A stretch of 64,000 nucleotides of DNA. Source: Eledone cirrhosa. Lineage: Eukaryota. The DNA lies in NCBI GenBank assembly GCA_964016885.1, contig OZ024761.1:10664001-10728000 (forward strand). Reading direction: 5' to 3'. Under the pieces are notes generated by a model. It worked only from the letters and a program-made list of their open reading frames with translations, ran no database searches and was not told where the DNA came from. A program made the translations under genes and the position numbers. This document shows positions 45,030 through 60,879 of the stretch, piece after piece (within the stretch, counting starts at the first letter, position 1; each line of letters opens with the position of its first letter).

Positions 45030-46150
45030 ATTATGTAATAAACAACATAAGGCAATTATTCCATTTACCAGTGGTTTCTTAAAAGCAAAAGGTTTTGCTT
45101 TCAATCCTCAGAATGAAAAATCCTGGTTTGTTTATTGAATATGGATTCTAAAAACAAAAATGCAATCTATATGAAAGTGAGGCTGGAAAAGGGAGAAGGA
45201 AAGGAAAAATAAAATAAAACTACACATGCAAACACACACAAAAAAACACAAAAGCATACTTACACACACACACATATATACACATATAATTGCACGCATA
45301 CACATATACATATACACATATATATATATATATATATATATATGTAGATAAATCTACCAAGAGTTTACGGTAGTGTCCAATCCGTATGAAGAACTCAATG
45401 TATTCCGGATATCATGGAAAGAAGAGATGTAATGAAAAATCACTTTCGGTGAAAGATAAACGGTATACAGAGTCAAGATAAAATATTAAACAAATAATGA
45501 ATAAAACAATGAAACAGTTCCTTATATTAAACAAAAAAAGTTCATTATTTAACGATCGTTTCTAGGATATATATGTGTTAGAATTGGCATGCATATTCAA
45601 CAGATCTATGTACAAAATTATACAAAATTATACAAACTATCAAGATTAAATATACATACCAAACACACATATACGCCGTCTTCAGAAATAATGAAATATA
45701 TTTATTGATAATAACAACAATTCAAAATTTCAGGTCCGTTTGGGAACAAAATTGACCAATGAAAATACAAAAGGTTTTATGCAGTTTGGTGTGTGTATAT
45801 ACATGTAACTACCCCGTACACATATTTATACAAAGATGTATGCTCAACATGCATACGCATGCCAAAAAGATGCATGCAAATACAAAATTTCAAGGTTAAT
45901 GTCTCTGTAAGTTTATAATGCACAGATAAGATGCGTATAGACACATAAATATGAAATAAGTGTATACACATATTCTCATACTCACACATATCCGTACACT
46001 CACACACACGCGCGCGTATATGCATAAACATACACATAATTACGAACATACATACACACACACACCCCCACACACATATATATATGTGGATATAATATTA
46101 TCATAAGCACATGGATATTAATTCACTCACATAAACACTGCCACACACAT

Positions 46151-48075
46151 TTGAAAAGACCACACTTCAACCTGAAGGATCATAAATCAAACTTTAACTC
46201 AAATCCTTCTATTAGACTTATATGTCCCTCCAAATCAGATATTGGAATAATTAGCATAAAAATTTTGGATAGAGTCATCCCACAAATAAGAAAACACGTT
46301 ATTTTACCACTCTGGGAAAACACCTCCCAGGTAATTAACTGGTTTAAAAATATTAGATGTAAATCTTCTGCTTCATTTCTACAATTTGATATAGATAATT
46401 ACTATTCCTCTATATCACCTATACTCCTGAACAAAGCATTGATATTTGCTAAAAATAGATCTAACTTAACTTTGGATGACATTAATATTATTACACATGC
46501 TAGACTAACACTTATTGAATTTCAGAATGAATACTGGACCAGAAACACATATAGTAATCTATTTGATATTACTATGGGTTCAAGCGATTCCGCCCAAATT
46601 ACTGATCTTGTGGGCCTCTTTCTCCTTTTCAACATAAATGCCTCCTTTCCCCACCTCAAAGGTGGTTTATATCGTGATGACTGTCTTCTTCTTTCTAACA
46701 ACCTTAGCCTTTCAGAAATTGAAAAAAACAAAAAACATATTAGAACTTTCCTTAAAGACTATTATAATCTTCATATTACTTTTGAAAAAACAAGTAAAGT
46801 AGTAAATTTCCTAGATATAACTTTAGATTTAGCTACGGGTATCTACCAACCTTACCATAAACCAAACCAAAACTTACATTACATACACTCACAATCTAAT
46901 CACCCTAAATCTATCCTTAAAAACCTTGCATATAATATATCACTTAGAATTTCTAACCTTTCTTCTAACCAAGATGTGTTTGATAAAAATGCGACCTTCT
47001 ATAACGAAGCTCTAGATAGAAGTGGCCACAAAAATAGATTAGAATATATACCTTCTACTAAAAATACTAAAAGCATACAACCTAATATTACCAACAAACA
47101 CCAAATGAAAAGTACACACCTAAATGCCACCCACACTATACCCCAAAATACCAAATCTTCTAATATAAAATATAGTAACTCTCAAAAAACTACTCATCAT
47201 ACAACTCTAATAAATATTAATAATAAAACTCCTAATAAAAAAGATAAAACACCTAAATCTACAAATATAACTAAAAATGGTTGTGGTGAGATCATTAACA
47301 TTAATCCTCCTAGTAAACATCACGATACAACCTATAAAAATAATAAAAATAATAAACAACATAGAAACCGTAATAGACGGGTTACTTGGTATAATGCTCC
47401 ATTTAATTTACAAATTAAGGATAATATTGCTAAAAAATTTTTTTATATCCTAGAGAAAAACTTCCCGCCAAACCACAAATACCATCAAATCTTAAATAGG
47501 TCTACAGTTAAATTCTCATACTCAACAACAAATAACATAAAACAAAATATAAGTGCCTATAATGCATATAAATGTAAGAAAACCATAAGTATACCACCAG
47601 TACATCAAATTAACCATAATATCTCCTCAAATACAGAATTAACGAAAGGTTGTAACTGTAGAAACAAAGCAAACTGCCCATTAAAAGGGAATTGTCTTGT
47701 TAACAACATAGTCTATAAATGTAATGTTAAAACTAAAGATTCTATTTGCTCATATATAGGAGCTACCTCTAACAATTTTAAGACAAGGTTTAATACCCAC
47801 AAGCATAGTTTTAAAAATGCCGCACTGGCTAATACAACATCTCTAGCAGAAAAAATCAATAGTTATAAAAATAAGAATATAGAATATGATTTGACCTGGA
47901 GTGTGCTCAAAAGAGCCACCCCTTATCAAAATAATAGAAATGAATGTAGATTATGTTCCCAAGAACTATTTGAAATAATGAAATCTAAGGATATCCTATT
48001 AAATAAACGACAGGAATTAATTATATCGTGTAATCATAAACTAAAAAAAACATTTAAATATTATAAACCTAATTA

Positions 48076-48076
<1 letters not shown>
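46151..48076 (+). CDS. Penelope-like RT + GIY-YIG endonuclease, 5'-truncated (element A)
   Basis: LKDHK..RLICP, QFDIDNYYSSI, MGSSDSA, YRDD, FLDITLDL, CNCRNKANCPLKGNC, IVYKC..YIG, FKTRF..H and CRLC..E. Confidence 0.92.
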
Positions 48077-49060
<984 letters not shown>

Positions 49061-49678
49061 CTTATTTTGAAATGCATAATTTTGCCTTATTTCTTGTATT
49101 TCCTAACACTGAAACTATGTAAAAACATATATTGGGATCCAGATACAGATAATATTCTATGTTTCTTGAAACATATATTTACTATAATCCCCTTCTCCAC
49201 CCCCCACCCACCCCCTTTCCCCCTTACTATTATCATCTGTGTTTGTAAGCGTGTATGTATGAATATATATGTAGGTAGGTGTATATATGTTTGGGTATTT
49301 ATATCTGAATATAAAAATACATATATGCGCATGCAAATAAGAATGTAAGATTGTGTGTATATGTATGTGTGTATATGTATATATATATGTGTATGTATGC
49401 ATGTGTATATATATGTGTATATGTATATATATATATATATGTGTATATGTGTATATGTGTGTGGGCGTGTATGTGTATGTGTATATATATATATATGTGT
49501 GTGTGTGTGTATGTATGTGTATATATATATGTGTATATATATGTATGTCTCTCTATATATATGTCTATCTTCGTATCTATGTGGGTATATGTGTGTATGT
49601 ACATGTATGCACATGTATATGTTTATGTGTATATGTGTGTATGTGTATATATGTACGTGTGCGCACATATATATGTGA

Positions 49679-49716
<38 letters not shown>

Positions 49717-50332
49717 GTATATCTATGTGTGTATATATGTCTATATTCGTATGTGTATATATATATATATATATATATTATTTATTATTATAATATAACT
49801 TATGTGTATGTGTGTATATGTGAGGGTGTGTATATGTATATATATGTATATATATGTGTAAAAATATATATGTGTATGTGTGTTTTTTGTGTGTGTGTAT
49901 ATATATGTATGTATATATGTGTGTATGTGTGTGTTTGTATGTGTGTTTATGGTTGTATGTGTGTGTGGGTGTTATATATATAAATGTATGTGTATATATA
50001 TATATATGTGTGTATATGTATCTCTATTAATGTGTGTATATATGTATATGTATATACCTTTTTCTTTGTATGTCTGAGTTGTGTGAGAGTGTAGTGGTGT
50101 TTGTATGTATATACGCATATATGGATGCGTATGTATTTGTATATATGAGTATATGTAAGTGCGTATGTATGTATGAATATATATCTATGTCTATGTATGA
50201 GTATATATGTGTGTGTATGTATGTTGTGTGTGTATGTATGTATGTGTCTATGTGTGTATATATATATATATATATGTGTGTATATGTATGTATGTATGTG
50301 TATGTATGTACATATATGTCTATGTATATGTG

Positions 50333-50387
<55 letters not shown>

Positions 50388-51025
50388 TTATTTTATATAT
50401 ATGTGTGTGTGTGTATGTGTGTGTGTGTATATATATCTTTATATATGTGTATGTGTATGTTCGTGTAGGTGTATGTGTGTGTATGACTATATATGTATGT
50501 GTGTATGTGTGTATGTATGTATATGTATGTGTGTGTACATGTATGTATGTGTATGTATATATATGTGTGTATATGTGTATGTATATATATATATATATAT
50601 ATGTGTATATATATATATATATGTATATGTATCTCTATTTGTATGTGTATATGTGTATAGGTATATACCTTTTTCTTTGTATGTCTGAGTTGTGTGAGAG
50701 TGTAGTGGTGTTTGTATGTATATACCGATATATGGATGCGTAAGTATTTGTGTGTATGTATGTATGTATGTCTGTATGTATTTGTGTGTATATATAGGTA
50801 TGTATGTATATATCTGTATGTATATAAGTATGTATGTGTATGTATATGTGCGTGTATGTGTATATATATGTGTGTCTATATATGTATGTGTGATTATATG
50901 TGTATATATGTGTGTGTATATATATATATATATATATTTATATGTATGTGTGTATATGTGTGTATGTGTGTATATGTATATGTTTATATATGTGTGTGTA
51001 TGTGTGTTCTAAGTGTAGATGTGTG

Positions 51026-51122
<97 letters not shown>

Positions 51123-51747
51123 TTTCTTGATATATTTCTTTTTTCTTTTTTCTTTTTCTTTTCTTTCCTTTTTAATTTTTATTTTTTATTTCTTAGTTTA
51201 TAGATACATCTATAAATAAGCAGTCTGCCCAAACCGTTGAATACTGACCTCTCCCCCCCCCCCTCCCACCTAATTTCTGTATCTTGATCTAAATGTGTGT
51301 GGCAGTGTTTATGTGAGTGAATTAATATCCATGTGCTTATGATAATATTATATCCACATATATATATGTGTGTGGGGGGGTGTGTGTGTATGTATGTTCG
51401 TAATTATGTGTATGTTTATGCATATACGCGCGCGTGTGTGTGAGTGTACGGATATGTGTGAGTATGAGAATATGTGTATACACTTATTTCATATTTATGT
51501 GTCTATACGCATCTTATCTGTGCATTATAAACTTACAGAGACATTAACCTTGAAATTTTGTATTTGCATGCATCTTTTTGGCATGCGTATGCATGTTGAG
51601 CATACATCTTTGTATAAATATGTGTACGGGGTAGTTACATGTATATACACACACCAAACTGCATAAAACCTTTTGTATTTTCATTGGTCAATTTTGTTCC
51701 CAAACGGACCTGAAATTTTGAATTGTTGTTATTATCAATAAATATAT

Positions 51748-51902
51748 TTCATTATTTCTGAAGACGGCGTATATGTGTGTTTGGTATGTATATTTAATCT
51801 TGATAGTTTGTATAATTTTGTATAATTTTGTACATAGATCTGTTGAATATGCATGCCAATTCTAACACATATATATCCTAGAAACGATCGTTAAATAATG
51901 AA
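51748..51902 (+). ncRNA. Type I hammerhead ribozyme with a 116-nt stem II region (mirror copy on minus strand at 45541-45695)
   Basis: 10-bp stem I ttcattattt/aaataatgaa, CTGAAGA 51758-51764, GAAA 51881-51884, palindromic CGATCG, GTT triplet. Confidence 0.78.
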
Positions 51903-52048
51903 CTTTTTTTGTTTAATATAAGGAACTGTTTCATTGTTTTATTCATTATTTGTTTAATATTTTATATATATATATATATATAAAGAGCGTACACTTACAT
52001 ACACATACACATATATACACACATATACACATACATATATTCATACAT

Positions 52049-52091
<43 letters not shown>

Positions 52092-52127
52092 CACATACAC
52101 ACACACATATATACACATGTACATATC

Positions 52128-52167
<40 letters not shown>

Positions 52168-52596
52168 TACATATATACACATATACATACACACACACAC
52201 ACACACACATGTGTGTGTACAAGCCTACACATACACACACACATATATATACACACACACATATACATACATTCACAGAAACATACAACGTACATACATA
52301 CACATACATGAATGCACTCCACTACATATTAACACACGCAAATATATATAAGAAAAAAATATATAAATAATATTAACAAATTTTTGACAGCGATACATGC
52401 CCCAGCTAACAGGAAAGACACGCGTGGTAAGTAATACACACATAAGCACATATACATACGTTCGAAATAGTAAACACATACACACACTCTCACACATAAA
52501 TATACATATACAAATACATAAACACGTACATACACATACATACACAAACACGTACACGTATACAATATAAACACACACATGTATATGTAATTATAT

Positions 52597-52637
<41 letters not shown>

Positions 52638-52648
<11 letters not shown>

Positions 52649-53045
52649 CGGGGATATCATATTAACAATATGCTATGCCTTCATCAGACAAAATACAATA
52701 TAAACAGTTTTATAGATAAATATATTCGACATACCGTAATAAACATCAACTTCATTTGAAGAGGTTTACTGCTAGAGTAAACCTCTTCAAATGAAGTTGA
52801 TGTTTATTACGGTATGTCGAATATATTTATCTATAAAACTGTTTATATTGTATTTTGTCTGATGAAGGCATAGCATATTGTTAATATGATATCCCCGAAA
52901 TATATATAATGAAATAAATATGGTTTTATAAATATAGTTTTCCATTTATTTAATATTGTAAATATACTCCAAGTATTTGTCGAGTGCTTTTATATCAGTT
53001 ATAAATATTTACTAGTTGTAACCCAACAATTTTAAATATAACTTT
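52638..53045. mobile_element. Apparently perfect fold-back palindrome with arms of about 133 bp (52638-52770 and 52776-52908) plus 3' flank; Penelope-like pseudo-LTR remnant
   Basis: Centre gaggtttact-gctag-agtaaacctc. It is inserted in a TA run of the element B inverted arm. Confidence 0.85.
52851..52916 (+). ncRNA. Type I hammerhead ribozyme (partial mirror at 52638-52695)
   Basis: Stem I tattttgt/atgaaata, CTGATGA 52859-52865, GAAA 52897-52900, palindromic TATATA, then TA. Confidence 0.72.
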
Positions 53046-53671
53046 ACATGTATATATATATATATATATATACATACAAAAATATAAAAATATAAACGCA
53101 CACACACATATAAATACGTAAACACACATATACATACATAGCTAAACAATTATACACTTGCAAATACGTATATATCAAAAGAACGCACAACCAAATACAA
53201 ACACACACACATATATACACACACACACACCCACACACAAACCCACACATACATAAAAATAAATAAATACACACGCACACATATACATACATACACATAC
53301 ATATACACATATACATATATACATATACATATATATATATACACACATATATATATAAAAACATATATATATATATACACACATACACGTACACATACAC
53401 ACATGCATACACATACACACACACATATACATGTGTGTATGTGTAAAGCTCAGTATTAGATAAGACAAATGAACCTTACATAAACGTATATATAGTAGTA
53501 AAGTAATAAAGCCATACAAGGCAATTAATCCATTCACCAGAGGTTTCTTAAAAGCAAAAAAAGTTTCCTTCAATCTTCAGAATGAAAAAAAGCCCTGGTA
53601 TATCCACATATACATACATATACACACACAAATATACAAATATATACACACATACAGACACGCACACACAC

Positions 53672-53706
<35 letters not shown>

Positions 53707-54014
53707 CAGACATATATACATACATATATATACACATACATATATATACATACATACATACACATATATATACATACACAAACATATACGTACACATATA
53801 CATATATACACACAAAAATACATACACATACACATAGGTATGTGAAGGGCAAAACAAAAAGAATATATGGGGAGGGGGGGCTAAGAGGAGGTAAAAATAT
53901 AAGGGGAGGTAAGGGAGAAAAATTTTTTTTAAATATACAAGAGTACAGAAGGTAGAAGCAGCAAAATAAAAACCGTAGCAAAAGTAAAGAGCAGAGAAGG
54001 AGGTTGATTTATCG

Positions 54015-55873
54015 TTGATTTATTCTCACGATATCTCTAATTTTAGAAATTCTACAAACACTTTCGTTCTTTCTGATAAAACCAAAAACCTCTTTGAAGT
54101 TAATAGTAATTTGTATAACCAACTTTTAACTAATAGTATTACCAATAAATATCAATTAACTAATAATAATAGCTACAATACTATCAATAAAGAAGCTAAA
54201 GAACTAGCTAGTTCTTTACAAATAGATAACCGGATTGAAAGCTTAGCTAAGCGTAAAGCATATATTACCCTTAAAGACCATAAATTGGACTTTACTAATC
54301 GACCTAGTTGTAGACTGATTAACCCGGCTAAATCCGAGGTTGGCCTTGCTAGTAAGAAAATCTTAAGAAAAATAATTCTCCAAATTAGAACTAACACTGT
54401 CCTTTCACAGTGGCTAAATACTTCCTCTGTTATTTCTTGGTTCAATAATATACAAGGTAAAAATAAGTGTAGATTTACGCAATTTGATATTGTCGATTTT
54501 TACCCTTCTATTACTGTTTCCTTATTAACTAAAGCCTTAGATTTTGCAAGACCCTTCATTAATATCTCCAAATTAGAAGAGGACATTATCTTTCATGCCA
54601 GAAAAACTTTACTTTTTACTAATGATAATATTTGGGTTAAAAAGTCAAACCCTGAAAACTCTTTCGATGTTGCAATGGGTTCTTATGACAGTGCGGATGT
54701 GTGCGACTTAGTAGGATTATTCCTTCTCCACACACTCAATGAGAAATTTCCGTCCCATAATATCGGTTTATACCGTGATGACGGATTAGCAGTTTCTCAT
54801 ACCACCAATGGCCATAATCTTGATAAATTCCGTAAAGATTTAATTAGTACCTTTGCTAATCTTAACCTTAAAATTACTATAGATACGAACCTTACTAATG
54901 CTAACTTTCTTGATATTAATCTTGATCTACTTACTGCCTCTTTTAAACCCTATCATAAACCTAATGAAAATCTTAGGTATATACACAAAGAGTCTTGCCA
55001 TCCCCCTATAGTTTTTAATAATCTTATTCATAACATTAGCCGTAGGATTTCTACCTTATCTTCGTCTATAGACATTTTTAATAAAGCCGCCCCTTATTAT
55101 AATAAAGCCCTTAAGAACAGCGGTTTTACAGAAAATATTTCTTATTTACCTACTCCCCCCCCCCCCCTAAAACTAACCATAATAACAGGAAAAGGAAGAT
55201 TATTTGGTTCACACCCCCCTTCTCTCTAAATGTCAAAACTAATGTAGGAAGGAAATTCCTTGAACTATTAGACAAACATTTTCCTCCTATTCATAGATAT
55301 TATAAGATTTTTAATAGGAATGTAGTTAAGATCAGCTACTCTTGTTGCCCATCCATGAAGTCCAAAATCACCAGTTCAAACCGTACGAGGATAAATCCAG
55401 GATGCAGTTGCAAGAAGCCGGATGAATGCCCATTGCAGGGTAAATGTAACACAAAATCTGTCGTTTATGAGGCTAAAATAACGCCAGTTATCAACAACCA
55501 GCCAGCCAGAAGCGAGCGATATGTCGGTATGACCCAGGACAGGTTTAAAACCAGATTTTACTCACATGTCGCTTCTTTTAAACACTCAGATAAACGAACA
55601 TCAACGGCCCTCGCAAGTAAGGTATGGGATCTCAAGGATAGTAATATCCCGTACTCTATTGATTGGTCTATATTAGACCATTCGAGGGAGTACCAAAGGG
55701 GCACAAAGAATTGTTCTTTGTGTACCACAGAAAAGTATAGGATTTTGCTAAACTTGAGAGACACTTCCGCTTGTCTTAACTCTAAGACTGAGATCTTCAG
55801 ATGCTGTCCTCATCTGAAATCGCATCTGATCTGTAACTGGATTGACACTCCTACGATAAATCAACCGCCTTGA
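54015..55873 (+). CDS. Penelope-like RT + GIY-YIG endonuclease, 5'-truncated, with one frameshift at the C13 run 55155-55167 (element B)
   Basis: SDKTKN, YITLKDHK..CRLINPAKS, FDIVDFYPSI, MGSYDSA and YRDDGL. After the shift: RKRKIIWFTPPFS..ISYSC, CSCKKPDECPLQGKC, VVY..YVG and CSLCTTEK. Confidence 0.92.
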
Positions 55874-56170
55874 ACTCCTTCTCTGCTCTTTACTTTTGCT
55901 ACGGTTTTTATTTTGCTGCTTCTACCTTCTGTACTCTTGTATATTTAAAAAAAAATTTTCTCCCTTACCTCCCCTTATATTTTTACCTCCTCTTAGCCCC
56001 CCCCCCCCATATATTCTTTTTGTTTTGCCCTTCACATACCTATGTGTATGTGTATGTATTTTTGTGTGTATATATGTATATGTGTACGTATATGTTTGTG
56101 TATGTATATATATGTGTATGTATGTATGTATATATATGTATGTGTATATATATGTATGTATATATGTCTG

Positions 56171-56205
<35 letters not shown>

Positions 56206-56290
56206 GTGTGTGTGCGTGTCTGTATGTGTGTATATATTTGTATATTTGTGTGTGTATATGTATGTATATGTGGATATACCAGGGCTTTTT

Positions 56291-56348
56291 TTCATTCTGA
56301 AGATTGAAGGAAACTTTTTTTGCTTTTAAGAAACCTCTGGTGAATGGA
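56291..56348 (+). ncRNA. Hammerhead-like motif with a non-canonical GTG cleavage triplet (mirror at 53529-53586)
   Basis: ttcatt-CTGAAGA-ttgaagg..cttttaa-GAAA-cctctg-GTG-aatgga. Confidence 0.6.
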
Positions 56349-56800
56349 TTAATTGCCTTGTATGGCTTTATTACTTTACTACTATATATACGTTTATGTA
56401 AGGTTCATTTGTCTTATCTAATACTGAGCTTTACACATACACACATGTATATGTGTGTGTGTATGTGTATGCATGTGTGTATGTGTACGTGTATGTGTGT
56501 ATATATATATATATGTTTTTATATATATATGTGTGTATATATATATATGTATATGTATATATGTATATGTGTATATGTATGTGTATGTATGTATATGTGT
56601 GCGTGTGTATTTATTTATTTTTATGTATGTGTGGGTTTGTGTGTGGGTGTGTGTGTGTGTATATATGTGTGTGTGTTTGTATTTGGTTGTGCGTTCTTTT
56701 GATATATACGTATTTGCATGTGTATAATTGTTTAGCTATGTATGTATATGTGTGTTTACGTATTTATATGTGTGTGTGCGTTTATATTTTTATATTTTTG

Positions 56801-56855
<55 letters not shown>

Positions 56856-57281
56856 ATAATTACATATACATGTGTGTGTTTATATTGTATACGTGTACGT
56901 GTTTGTGTATGTATGTGTATGTACGTGTTTATGTAATTGTATATGTATATTTATGTGTGAGAGTGTGTGTATGTGTTTACTATTTCGAACGTATGTATAT
57001 GTGCTTATGTGTGTATTACTTACCACGCGTGTCTGTCCTGTAGCTGGGGCATGTATCGCTGTCAAAAATTTGTTAATATTATTTATATATTTTTTTCTTA
57101 TATTTATTTGCGTGTGTTAATATGTAGTGGAGTGCATTCATGTATGTGTATGTATGTACGTTGTATGTTTGTGTGAATGTATATATATGTGTGTGTGTAT
57201 ATATATGTGTGTGTGTATGTGTAGACTTGTACACACACATGTGTGTGTGTGTGTGTGTGTATGTATATGTGTATATATGTA

Positions 57282-57331
<50 letters not shown>

Positions 57332-57484
57332 GATATGTACATGTGTATATATATGATTGTGTGTGTATGTGTGTGTGTGTGTGTGTGTGCATATGTGTGT
57401 GTGTGTGTGTGTGTTTGTATGTATGAATATATGTATGTGTATATGTGTGTATATATGTGTATGTGTATGTAGGTGTACGCTCTT

Positions 57485-57517
<33 letters not shown>

Positions 57518-57709
57518 GTATATGTGTATGCGTGCAATTATATGTGTATATATGTGTGTGTGTGTAAGTATGCTTTTGTGTTTTTTTGTGTGTGTTTGCA
57601 TGTGTAGTTTTATTTTATTTTTCCTTTCCTTCTCCCTTTTCCAGCCTCACTTTCATATAGATTGCATTTTTGTTTTTAGAATCCATATTCAATAAACAAA
57701 CCAGGATTT

Positions 57710-57767
57710 TTCATTCTGAGGATTGAAAGCAAAACCTTTTGCTTTCAAGAAACCGCTGGTAAATGGA
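57710..57767 (+). ncRNA. Type I hammerhead ribozyme (mirror on minus strand at 45060-45117)
   Basis: ttcatt-CTGAGGA (57716-57722), 12-bp stem II ttgaaagcaaaa/ttttgctttcaa, GAAA (57749-57752), cc.gct.g-GTA, then aatgga. Predicted cut after 57761. Confidence 0.85.
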
Positions 57768-57870
57768 ATAATTGCCTTATGTTGTTTATTACATAATAAT
57801 AATAATTAAGCTCTGTTGCCTACATAGAGCACTCTTTTTTCCTGGACTTTTCCGATGGAATTACTTCATT

Positions 57871-58089
<219 letters not shown>

Positions 58090-58118
58090 GTATATATGTA
58101 TATATATATGTATATATG

Positions 58119-58185
<67 letters not shown>

Positions 58186-58188
58186 GTA

Positions 58189-58231
<43 letters not shown>

Positions 58232-58232
58232 G

Positions 58233-58401
<169 letters not shown>

Positions 58402-58432
58402 GTATATATATATATATATGTATATATATATG

Positions 58433-58465
<33 letters not shown>

Positions 58466-58543
58466 GTATATATATATATATATGTATATATATATGTATA
58501 TATATATATATACATATATATATACATATATATATATATATAC

Positions 58544-58576
<33 letters not shown>

Positions 58577-58577
58577 C

Positions 58578-58693
<116 letters not shown>

Positions 58694-58705
58694 GTATATA
58701 TATAT

Positions 58706-58739
<34 letters not shown>

Positions 58740-58744
58740 ATGTA

Positions 58745-60350
58745 TATACTCTTTTACTCTTTTACCTGTTTCAGCCATCCGGCTGAGGCCATGCTGGGGC
58801 ACCGCCCTTGTTGCTACACATTTTATCTCCAGCCTGTATAGGTTGGCCACTGGTGTAGGAGGGAGTTTGTTGCTGCTGCCCTTAGGTTTCCCTCGTGTCT
58901 TGCTGTGGGCTCATCCGGGATCCTGGATAACAAGGTGTCGAGATGTTTCTTAAAGACATCCACCTCCACGTCATGCAAGTCTCGCAGATGCCTCGGCAGC
59001 CTGTTGAAGAGTTGAGGGCCCTTGAATCCCAGGCTATTGCAATACCTGCTCCTTATTCTAGATGTGGAAGACGGGACCTTTGGCACCACACAGTGACGTC
59101 CTGTTCGACGGTTGGTCCAGCTCCCAATGCCAAAGTTTGGTGCTAGTCCCTCCAGGATTTTCCACATGTAGATCACTGCGTATCTCTCCCGTCTTCGCTC
59201 CAAGGAGTAGAGGTTCAGTTCCTTCAGCCTCTCCCAGTAGCTTGTCTCCCTCATCTTGGCAATCCTCTTGGTGTAGCTTCGCTGGATTGCCTCAAGCTCT
59301 GTGGTTAGTTTGACACTATGGGGTGACCACAGCTGGGAGCAGTAGTCCAGGCGGCTTAGGACAAAAGTCCTCCACAGTGTCAACATGGTGTCTCGATCTC
59401 TTGTAAGGAAAGTCCTCAAGATCCAGCCAGCGAATCGTCTACATGCTGTCGCCACCTTCATGATGTGTGAAGAAAAAGATGCATCATCGCTCATGTCTAT
59501 GCCCAGGTCTCGTATCGATTTTGACACGGGGATATCGGTCCCTCCTGGTCCTGTGTAGCTGTGTTCCGCTATATTTGTGTTTGTGTTTGCAGGTTTGTAT
59601 TGTAGGGCTTGGAATTTGCCAGCATTAAACTGCATGTTGTTTTCTTCCGCCCATCTGTATATGGCATCCAGATCCTGCTGTAAGAGGGCAGTGTCAGCCG
59701 GGTTTTTGATTGCCTGTGCTACCTTAGTGTCATCAGCATAGCTAGTGAGGGATGTTGTTGCATGCACCACAGAGGGCATGTCCGAGAGAGCCACCAAAAA
59801 CAGTAGTGGTCCCAGGACTGTCCCCTGAGGCACCCCACTTGTTATCGGTGTCTCCCTCGAGAGGGCCCCATTTGCTGCGACTGCCTGGCTTCTGTCCCTC
59901 AGGAAGCCATGCAGCCACTCACCTACTTTTCCAGTTATGCCGAGTCCGTGTAGTTTGTGACATATCATTCCGTGGTCGACCTTGTCAAAGGCCTTCGCAA
60001 AGTCAAGATATATCACGTCTACATGTGAGCTGTCTAGTAGTTGTCTCAGTACCCAGTCGTAGTGATGTAGCAGCTGTGTAAGGCAGCTTTTTCCTGGGCG
60101 GAAGCCATGTTGCGTGCTAGTCAGGCGGTCATTTTCTTGGAGGAAAGTGATTAGTTTCTTTCTGACGACTCGCTCCATGACCTTACTGATATGCGACGTC
60201 AGGGAGACTGGCCTATAGTTCTTGGCCTCCGCTCTACTACCTCCTTTATGGATAGGGCATATTGTGCCTTCTTTCAGCTCCCTGGGTAGTACACCGCTAG
60301 CCAAGGAGCTTCTGAAGAGCATCTTCAGTGGAGTTGCTAAGGCCCGCTTA
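58745..60350 (-). mobile_element. 5'-truncated CR1-type LINE with an open RT frame (58823-60322)
   Basis: [42 protein letters not shown] and [10 protein letters not shown], with a GAGTAAAA repeat tail. Confidence 0.92.
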
Positions 60351-60382
60351 CATATTTTTAGGAGATGTATATATATATATAT

Positions 60383-60452
<70 letters not shown>

Positions 60453-60456
60453 GTAT

Positions 60457-60652
<196 letters not shown>

Positions 60653-60669
60653 GTATATGTATATATATG

Positions 60670-60877
<208 letters not shown>

Positions 60878-60879
60878 TA

